A stretch of DNA of 32,021 nucleotides from Streblomastix strix. Taxonomy: Eukaryota. The position numbers and the translations under genes were made by a program. Below the pieces are notes generated by a model. The model did not search any database. It worked only from the letters and a program-made list of their open reading frames with translations, and was not told the DNA's origin. Each line of letters begins with the position of its first letter. The first letter of the stretch is position 1. The DNA lies in NCBI GenBank assembly GCA_008636045.1, contig SNRW01000071.1, forward strand, positions 1 through 32,021, read 5' to 3'. Positions 13,018-23,121 of this stretch are shown one piece after another.

Positions 13018-16000
13018 TCAGAAAGACACAACTTCGACGAAAGACCCGATACCACCAACAATGGCCTGCCAGATAAGATATTAAATAGTAAAGAAATATT
13101 CAAATATAAATAGTATAATTACTATATTTTAATATATAGATTATTAATTCTTCATACACAGAACTGCATGCTCTCCCAGTTGATATCCGTGATATCCACC
13201 CCATACTTGCTACTGACTCCATTAACTGCAAAAGTGATGATATGTGGCTCCTAACTAGCACTACTCAACATCCTAGAGCTTTCAGAGTCTGAATATTCAC
13301 CAGTAGTTGTTTCTGAGTATGTTGATGTCTGTGATACTGAAGATGGAGATTATGATTTGGGAGGTGGAGTTCTTAGAGGTCTTGGATCTTCTGGGTTCTA
13401 CTGTTGGGAGAGCTGGTTGTGGGACTATTTATTCAGAGGGGAGGTTGTCTTTACTTGATTTGAAGGGTTAGTAGGCGTTTGGTTTGGATCTGAGGGGTCT
13501 TCTTGTTTCTATTTGTGGGAGGATGATTTGTTTTTCTTGCTGTGGGTATGGTCTTTATTTTCTTTTGAAGTATCTTTTGAGTCTTTAGTATCTTTAGAAT
13601 CTTTAATATCTTCTTTTGATTATGATCCACTGCTTTGGGTAGCTACAGCTTCTGAACTTGACTGTGTCAGCTTTGTCTTGTCATTGGATGAGTTTGATGA
13701 TTGAGACATACTGAAGTCTTTATCGCCTGATTTCTGAGTATCACGATCTGAGGTATTCTTTCCTGCATTTGTATCATCTATAAGATTAGTTGGGGCGTCT
13801 TTAGATGATCTGTCCCAGTCTTTGTCTTTGTCTTTATCTTTTGATTATCGATCCCAATCTTTGTCTTTCTTAGCATCTTTTTTGTCCTTTTCCTTTCCTT
13901 TATCTTTTTCCTTATCTTTTTCTTTTTCTTTATCCTTATCTTTATCCTTATCTTTTGATTTACTTTATCCAGAGCTGTCTTTTGGTGTCTATTTGTATGC
14001 AGTTGCTGGAGTGTTCTATTTAGACTGTGATTTTTATTACTCGGGAGTTTATTTCTCCTATTATTTCTTGCTTTCTTTTGAGCTCTTTCCTTCTTTCTTA
14101 TTCTTTGACTCGCTCTGTTATTTTCCTGAATCTTTCCCTTTATGCTTTGATGAAGATGAAGAGCGTTATTTACCATTCCTTTGTGGTGATATTGATTAGG
14201 TACTGATCGACATCAGATCAACTATTGCTGTCACACACATACCACAGGAGTAAGATCCATTCACTGCTACACACTTACCTCCATGCCAGACTGCTCCACT
14301 GATTGATGGATAATTAATAAGTTATAATATATAAGAGGAATGTGATAGTACATAAATAATAAATAGTGAATATTAATTAAATATATATGAGAATAGTATT
14401 AAAAAACAATTAGAGAATTATATTCATGATCTCATACGTTTTACCATCATATCCAATAGACCCTAAAAAAGAATACAAAATAAAATAAGAATAATAATTG
14501 TTATCATTTATAATAATGTTTTATATATTTGTTTTAAATTGTCAAAATACAAGTAATTTCTGATATATATATTAATTTTAATTTAAAATTTGTATTAAAT
14601 ATCACACATTTATCTTTTCCTAAGGAAGTAAGAGATTATTAAGGTTAATCCTTGTTCACTTTTCGAATTGCTCTTATTCCAATGCCTAAATATAGTATTA
14701 AAACAGTAAATGAAAATAATATGAAATAATTTATCATTTAAATAGAAAACTACATTATTATTTATAAATATATTATATCTCTTATATTCATTTCATATAT
14801 CCTTTAATAATGATATATAATGATATAAGTAATACTTCTACTCTCCTCTGCTTTAGTAAATATCAGTGTGATTTTGTATATAAACCCTTCCTTCATTTAT
14901 GGCTGGAAAGTGAAGAGTCTTGGTTGAGAAGAAACAGAAGGTTGCATCCTGTGGATTAGTTGATACTCAGGCATAGCTGCTACTTGCTCTTATTCCTACG
15001 ATATTGGTTGGATTTGAGCATTTTACTGATTATTTACTTCTTTTTGTTCAGTTTGTTGTGTAGTTGTTTGTTATTCGTGCTCTTGTTGAGTCTGCTATTG
15101 TTATTATTGAGGAGCAGATGACAATGCTGATTTTGTCTTCAGTTTAGGAGCTTCAGGTTGCAAAGGTTTACCCTGTTACTGTTTAGTATTCCCTGTTAAT
15201 GCATTATTAGTACTCACACCAGCTTCATGCAGGGACGCCTATGCAAAAAGATCGCTTTTTACGAAGTTGAAATTAGAGACTATCAATCCATCAGCTGCAT
15301 CCTTTGAGTGAGTAAGTGAGATCTTATCCATCAAATTCTGGAGTCTAACTGCGTTCTTCAGGAATTCCTGTCTCTCTGTTTGTTTCCTCTTCTCTTCATC
15401 ACTGACTTGTTTAGTTGTCCCTGAGATCAACTTCTGCTCTATTTCTTTCTCATCCAGAAGATCAATAGCTAATTTATCTTTTTCTTTCTCTTTATCTTTA
15501 TCTGTTATTTTAGCATCTTTCACTTTCTCTTTTTCTTCATCTATCAGATCAGCTACATTCATATTAAGCGTCTCATCAAGATCTAAATGGGCTACATGTG
15601 CATCATCAGAGAGATCTGCATTGGAGAAGACTGTGATCCCATCTATAAATGGTTATTTAATTTAATATTAATATTGTTGTTAAAGGGTAATAAATTTATA
15701 TATAAATTATTATTAAAAAATAATTGAAATATTATTAATTATATAAATAAAACACTAATCTTAATTAATATATATACCATTCACATACTTTTCTTCTTCT
15801 TCTGGCTCAATCTGTCTTCAACCATCTCCTTGAATGTAGGAGTTATGGTTCTTTCTTATTCAGCATCAGGATCTCCCAATTCTTTCTTGAATTCTTCTTC
15901 ATCTTCCTCCAATTCTCTCTAAATATCATCCAATTAATTCGATTCCTGCAGAATTTGAAGCTTCTCAGCCTGACTGTGGTCTTCAGAAACTTAATCTGGC

Positions 16001-16890
16001 TTCTACTGATTCTTATCTTAATTTGCAGTTTCTACCTCATTTTTCTATTTTTCTTCTTCTTAGATCATTTTCAGTGCTTTTTTTCTTATCCTCTCATCCC
16101 TATGTCGATCTCTCCTCTGCTGTAACTCCTCTTCACGTTTAATAGCGAGACTAATCTCTTCACTTTCAAGAGCCATTTTTTATTCATCCCCTCCACTGGC
16201 TGATAATCCACTTAAAAATGATACTGGGTTTTTCCCAGAATTTATCTGTTAAAATTTTTATTCATCGGAGCTGATCTCTCTAAGAATATTGAGAACGTGC
16301 AAAAGTGTGTTTTTCACCATCTGCAGCGATTAATATAAAATATTAGAATAAAATTATAATAAGTGAAACAAAAAATAGTTTAATTTGAATGAAAATATTA
16401 ACGTACACGAAGTTCTCTAGGATCGTCACTGACCACGCTTATCACAATGTCATAAACATTGGACTTCTTAACTACACTAATTACTTTCTTCCCTTATCCA
16501 TCACGCAAAGCTGAATATAAATAAGAGTATTAATAATAAAATATATGAAAGAAAAAATATATTTATCAAATAAAATGAATATAAAATAAGTAAAAATTAA
16601 TATCAACAAAACTAAACAAAGCAAATCTAATAATAATAATAATTCATTTCATACAGGATGTAATGCATAAAATTAATCTCCTTAATAAAAGAGATTGTTA
16701 ATAAGGTTTAACAATTTTCAACTTAGGAACAATGTAGTAGATGGATAGGATCTGCAAAGGAAGTATAATCATTTAAAAATAAAACATTAATAAAGAAATA
16801 AAACAAAAATACATCTTGAGCCTAATCTTGTGCAGATGCTGATGAGCTTGTGCTTGCGTGAGATGAAGCGCTTTCTGAACGTTTGGCCAT
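13018..16890 (-). CDS. 969-aa protein with a charged coiled-coil-like middle and a C-terminal SPRY/B30.2-like domain carrying a large low-complexity insertion
   Basis: Exons 16890-16813, 16751-16655, 16510-16407, 16320-15789, 15642-14836, 14685-14608, 14462-14438, 14298-13158, 13065-13018. All introns are GT-AG with compatible phases (2910 nt CDS, TGA stop). SPRY-like motifs: SIGIRAI, SLGKDKWSIGYDGKTGAVWHGG, SYSCGMCVTAIVDL, ITFAVNG, MQFCAIVGGIGSFVEVVSF. Confidence 0.8.
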
Positions 16891-17833
16891 CGCTTAAGAA
16901 TAATGAATCTGCAAAGATATCTGATATACATATAATAATATGTAAAAATAAAAATATTCTATAAATAATGTAAAGATTTGAGTTAAATCTGTTTCAATTA
17001 TCAAAAAAAAGTTATAGAATAATTAACAACTTATTTCAAGTTAAATAGATAGATAAAATAGATAATATCTACTATAAATTAATACATGAAAAATATTTAT
17101 AACTGATGATAAAACATTTTGGACATTATCTTTGAAAATATCATTAGATGATAGAAATTGAATATAATATCGTCTATTCGCAGCAACAGAGTATTAAATA
17201 GCTCAATAAATATCATATAAAAACATAAAGAGCATTTTAAATGAAAGAATACAACAAAATGTGTAATATAAAGTATTAAGTTTTGTGTACAAATCAGTTA
17301 GACAAAATACTGAATTTTTTAAATTCTCCAAATATTATAATGAATTATGAATTGACAAAAATTATTTTTTTAAAAAAGTTGTAATTAACTGATTTATTGA
17401 GTTAGTTTTATAGTTCTTTTCTGCGGTGTTTTTTATTAATTTTTTTGTATATATTTTAATATGTTCAGAATATACTCTTACTTATTTAATTATTTGTAAG
17501 ATAATAATTTGGCCAAACTTCATAATAATACATATGCGAGTTTTGTTTTTTCTAGTCCAACCATCACGATTTACTGTATATGTAGCTACATCTAATTATA
17601 TTTAAATTAAAAAATTTGTTTAAAAAACTATTATAAACCATAATCGATTCAAATACAATACTTTTACAAAAAACTGGTCAGCCAAACGAAATTCATTAAT
17701 TTTTTAACTAAAATTGAGAAAACTGCACGATTGATTCAGAAAATGTGAATTTATAGATTAATTAAAAACTAATTTATTATTATTTGTGAAGCTTCATAAA
17801 ATAATTATTTATAATTTCATTCAAAATCAGCAC
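16891..17833. promoter_or_regulatory. Intergenic region between divergently transcribed genes (putative promoters of the SPRY and kinase genes)
   Basis: Positional evidence only: an AT-rich 943-nt spacer between the ATG at 16890 (-) and the ATG at 17834 (+). No specific motif was recognised. Confidence 0.4.
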
Positions 17834-20800
17834 ATGGCTGCTAGCATCCCTTTTAAAACAGGAGATGTTATTAAATAATCATATACCCTTTAGATGCTGA
17901 TTGGCTCAGGTACATTTGGCGTTATTTATTCTGCTCTTTATAAGACGGGAGATATCTGCAAGCACGTTGCCATTAAATTGGAGAAAAATAATCCGCAATT
18001 CACATTGCAGACTAATGAAATCATGATAATGAAGAAGATGGTAGGTATGTGATTTGCTATTATATAACAAAGTTTATTTTTTTTTCTTTATATTTATTTT
18101 ACACCTTGTAGAATCCAACCACTTTGCCAAGTTTTATCAATGTGGAACATTCAAAGAGTATAAATATGTTGTCATGGAACATCTCGGACCATCTTTATTG
18201 TATGAATTGAATGTAAAAAAACGCTGTTTATGTACTTTAATTCAATTTCAATAAAACTAATATTGTAATATTTAAAACAATTTGAATAATTTGTAGAATG
18301 TTGGCAAATCGGAAGAAACCATATAAATTCAGTTTATTATAGTTACTTAAGTTTGCAGTTTAGGCTCTTAGAACTTTGCAAGAGCTCCATGAAGCTGGAT
18401 TTGTGCATAGAGATGTAAAACCTGTATGAATATTTATTTTTACTATTTAAAAAGTTAAAAATATTATATATTTTTTGGAATAATTTAGGATAACTTTGTA
18501 ATTGGGAACTCATTATAGAATGCAGGAACTGTTTTTCTTATTGACTTTGGATTGTGCAAAAAAATACATATGTAAAATGGAAAAATCGTAAAAGTATACA
18601 TAATTATTTTGAGCATTTTTCACGAAAAATTAATTTTTAAAAATTTAATGATTTTTATTAATATCATTAATTTATACATTTAATTTATTTTATAATTTTT
18701 AAAACTTTATGTAAATCAGCCTTAGAATCCTGGTAGTTTTCGTGGGACTTTGAGATATGCATCTCCAAATGGTAATTAACTTTATTTCTATTAATTATAT
18801 TTATTTTCATTCTTATTTTCATTCATATTAATTTTCTTATTAATTATCAGCTCATATGAGGATTGAAATTGGACGACAAGATGATATAATCAGCTTGTTA
18901 TATATGATGGTTGAAATTCATATTGGAAGATTGCCTTGGTCAGATGCTTCAAGTGAGGTAATGCATATTTAATCAATTTGAAATATCTTATACTTATTAA
19001 TTTTAATATATAACTTTTTTTAAATATAAATTTTATTTAAAGGATGATATATTTCGGCTCAAATAAACAACTTAACCTGAAATACTTCTTAATAAAATGC
19101 CAGCAGTTTTTCAATAGTTTTATAATTATATCTTCACATTAAACTATGAAGATGATCCAAATTATGATTAACTTGTAGAATATATTAATTATGAAGCAAA
19201 ATAAAATGGGTTGAACCTTGATTCTTCATTTGAGTGGGAAAAGGAACTGAAGAATTAACGAGCAAATGTAATTAAATGACAGAAGATTGAATATCCATAC
19301 GTTGATTTTAATTCACGAAAAGGAATGGAAAATGAATATAAAGATTAAATCAATCCTATAACAAATCTTCCTATACTCGAACATATGTACTATGAACGAA
19401 CAAATATAAATCTTATTAAAGAAATAAAGAAATAGTCCTATTAAAATTACTTAAAACTCAAGCAAAATTAACAATAAGATAAAGTTCGATTATAATCATA
19501 GAAGAAAAAACAAAATTAAGATTTGTTTGTTGATTAATAATAGAAACTAACAACTCCTTTTGAGGATTCCTAGTAAAGATATAACGAAAATAATAATTTA
19601 GATGAGAAATTGGATAAATAAGAAATTAACAATAAAACATGCCTTCAATAAGTTAAATAGGCTTAAGAAAAATCCAACATTTAATTAGATAAAGTTTAAG
19701 CACACATAGTAAAATCAAACAATTAGGACAATAATGATATAAAAGAAATAGATTTATCGTCATATTTACAAGATATTAGATCTCCAACTCCAAATTTAAA
19801 TTTTTTTAATTTTTCTGACCCATCTTCATCTCCTGAATTAGATAATAACTTTATTCAAAGAAATGCAAATTTATTTAATAATTTAAACAGCTCTATTAAC
19901 TTAATTCAGTATTAATAACACCAATAGGACAATTTTGAAGAGCATGAAAATTCATTCAATTTCAATGTTTCTTTAAAGTTTTCTAATGATTCTGATAAAA
20001 ATATTCCTTACAATCACTCAAATAGATTGAAAACACATCATACACTTAATAATAAAATATTTTCCCAAAAATAAGATAAAGAAAAATAAATTCAGTCAAC
20101 AAATAATTTATTGCAATCATAAGATATAGATCAAGATGGATCGCTTTCATAAAGCTATTTATATATGCTTACATCATAAAAAGCAGTTGATCAATACTCA
20201 CAGATCGATTAGAATTTATTTCTTTCGATGAAACAAGGTTATAGTTTGTAATAATAACCTTTGACATCTGACTATTCAGCCAAATCATAGAGCATGTTTC
20301 AATCATTTTACAATTTAAGGGATATTGTGAGTACTGAGGAATAAAATTAAGAGTAAGATATAATAAATGATTAAGATTTAAAAGTTTCAAGTAATAATAA
20401 TAATAGTAATAGTAAAAGTAAAGAAGAAGAAATAAATGTAGATTTATAAACAAACAACAAACATTAAACCAATTAAATCAATCTAAAAATGCAAGATTAA
20501 TTATTATTAAGAAATTCAACTTCTAATAATACATTGAAATTTGATTAAATGTAAGCCAAATATAATAAATCGCCAATACTATTAAATACTGAAAAACAAA
20601 ACACAATGTAAAGATCATAATCTTATTGTAATGACCCTTATTAATAGAGTAATCATATTTCATTTCAGGATTCACCTTCTAATTAAAGCCTGGATTTGAA
20701 TATTGACCATAATAAACTTCTTACTCGAGTTTTGCATCCGTCATAATAATCATTATTATTAACACAGGATTCAACATCTTCATTTCACTCATAAAAATCA

Positions 20801-22267
20801 GCATTATCATAACAATCTTCCAAATCAACATATTCTTCAAAGCCAAACTAATCAATTTCTCCAAAATAACAATCTCCACTTCATATGCGTACTTTTGATC
20901 AAACTGAAATAGTCCATCCTTTTAATTTTGGATAATTTAATGTTATTCTTAATGTATATGATTAAGATAGTATGTATTATACTGAAAAAAAATAGAATTA
21001 ATGCGATAATAAATAAAAAGAATTGATACAATCTTCATAACTGAAATAAAAAGCTTAAATTAATACTAAAAAAGATCATTAGTAACATAAAAGAATTGTG
21101 GGTTAAGTAAAAAGACTAGCTAAGAAAAGTTTAGTTACTGATACCAGTGAAACAAACAATCAAATCTAAATATGTTTAAAAACATATTCTCCAGTTAATC
21201 AACATTAATTAATTTCTTCATTTTCTTCAAAATAATGTCAACCGTAGAATATTGTTCAATTTCAATCTGACATTGAGATATAAGTAAGAAATCTTGATTA
21301 TCTTACAATGAACTAACCTTGTTAAACTCCTCCAATTCCATGTACAAACCAAATTAATTATTAAATAAATAATTCGAATACTTTATAATTCAATGAACAT
21401 ATTGAAGATACTTAGCATACAAATTAACTTCAATCTCTTTAGTAAAATAAAGTCATTTCATCTAAAGTTGAAGATTTGGATTAATCACCCACAGAATAAT
21501 ACTTTCATAGTCTAGGTATTCAATAATCAAAATCAAGCCCAAATCACTTCGATAGCTCATTACAAATGCCAAATTTAAACATTCTTTAAATATAAAGGAT
21601 AAATGATGATTAAATGCACAGTTCAAGTCTTCATGCTTCAAACAAGATTCGATCTTTACCAAATCAAAATTCTTTAGTGAACTTTTAAAATGCTTTGAAT
21701 AATGAAGAAAATATTTAAGATTAAACAGATCCTAATTTGCAATAATAATAAAACAAGCATTAATATTAAATATAGAAATATTCTTCTAAGTAGCAATTTA
21801 ATCCACAAAATGGCAAACAATTGTTAATTTTCAAACACTCTCACAATTTATAGTAGAATGAGAATAATTTTGAAGCTGATATTGAAATTTTTCCATAAAG
21901 CTAAGATGAAATAATAAATATTAATGAACAATAGAAATTAAATTAAAAGAAAAATAATTTAGCATGGGAAGATGAAAATGAGATTAAATATTCTTAAATT
22001 TAAGTGAACATAAAAGAAAAAGAAATACAATAATAATGCAATGAAAATAGTAATTTGAGTTTTATTAATTCGCCAAACTTATAATAACCAAAATAAATAA
22101 ATGATTCAGATATTTAATAATAGTAAATTACTTAATCTAAAGCATTAAATATTGATATTATCTAACAGAACGTTGAAATGAATTAAAACAAAAATATTCT
22201 TAATTCTCCTTCACTTAGTTCAGATTAGTCAAACACTACAAAACAGAGTTGTTGTATAATACTTTGA
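17834..22267 (+). CDS. CK1-group (tau-tubulin kinase-like) Ser/Thr protein kinase; 308 aa to the first TGA (19277-19279), or ~1,300 aa ending in CaaX if that TGA is bypassed
   Basis: Exons 17834-18044, 18112-18199, 18297-18423, 18489-18593, 18720-18771, 18851-18957, 19043-(19279 or 22267). Motifs IGSGTFG, VAIKLE, VMEHLGPSL, HRDVKPDNF, IDFGLCK, FRGTLRYASPNAH, GRQDD, LPW and PNY are intact and typical of CK1/TTBK. The same frame stays open from 19280 to 22264 and ends SCCIIL-TGA. Confidence 0.9.
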
Positions 22268-22935
22268 ATATTTTAAAAAATCTTGAATATTTTATTTTAA
22301 AAATTCATTTGACTCATGTAACTTTTTATATTTTTTATTTGATTAGGTTTAAATATCAAATTTTCATTTTTCTTTATTATTTCAATCTCTTCTTTTTTTT
22401 GTACACTTCCTTTTTATACTTAATGATATTTCTTTGAATCCTTTTTAATTTTTCTTTTCAATTATTGCTTACTACTTTAGGTTTTATTGAATATTTTCTT
22501 AGTTTTATATTTGTGTATACCTCTAGAAATAAAGAGATTAATATTTAATCATTCACTAAAATCTGTATTTATTATTAATTTTTAATTTTTATCAAACTTC
22601 CTTCATATTTTATTTTTTTTCTCTTAATATTTCAATACTTCTCTTTATATAAATCTACTATAAAATTTTTATTTATTTTTTTTAATAAAGAAGTATTGAA
22701 TTCTTCTAAATGATTGATAATTATTAGAATAATAAATAAGAAAAAAATTTGAATTAACTTTATATTCAAAATCGGTCTTTTTCAATATAAAATTTTCTTT
22801 TTGTCATATTATCTAATTATATTTTAAAATAATATATTTAAATTGACTGATGACGAGCCAATATTCTTAACATATTACTTCCATATATTTTAATTTCAAT
22901 GATTTATGTTGAATCAGCGTTCCCTCTAGCCTTTG

Positions 22936-22960
22936 GACTTGTTGCATTTTGCAACAAGTC
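22936..22960. repeat. Perfect hairpin (11-bp stem, 3-nt loop) in the MITE subterminus
   Basis: GACTTGTTGCA-TTT-TGCAACAAGTC. Confidence 0.9.
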
Positions 22961-23038
22961 AAAAAAGAATTGATTGGAAGATGCATCAGGTCATTTTGAA
23001 TATTGAAGGAAAAGGTACATGTATTGATTAAAAATTTC

Positions 23039-23121
23039 CGCTCGGCTCTTCGGGCCTCGAAAAAAAATATAAATCAAATAGTTTTTACTATAAATTTTTT
23101 CGCTCGGCCCTTCAGGCCTCG
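23039..23121. repeat. Two GC-rich 21-bp direct repeats inside the MITE
   Basis: CGCTCGGCTCTTCGGGCCTCG (23039-23059) and CGCTCGGCCCTTCAGGCCTCG (23101-23121), with 2 mismatches. Confidence 0.9.

Noticed and set aside
12850..13020. Possible continuation of the SPRY gene past its TGA in a shifted frame (DHIFSKVSSIDETWEY...)
   Set aside because: It would need an unexplained frameshift, and the domain's final strands are already complete before the stop. Treated as 3' UTR.
19277..19279. General TGA = Trp reassignment (all three stops recoded)
   Set aside because: There is no in-frame TGA in ~4,100 codons of the EPG5-like gene or in the SPRY gene, despite many TGG codons. The TGAs in 22.3-31.3 kb co-occur with frameshifts, indicating decay.
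19277..22900. Selenocysteine decoding of the kinase UGA
   Set aside because: The UGA is not in a redox-type motif, and I could not see a SECIS-like stem-loop after 22267. It is not formally excluded without a SECISearch run.
23039..23121. CRISPR-like repeat-spacer-repeat
   Set aside because: Only two imperfect copies, inside a TIR/TSD-bounded eukaryotic MITE, with no cas genes.
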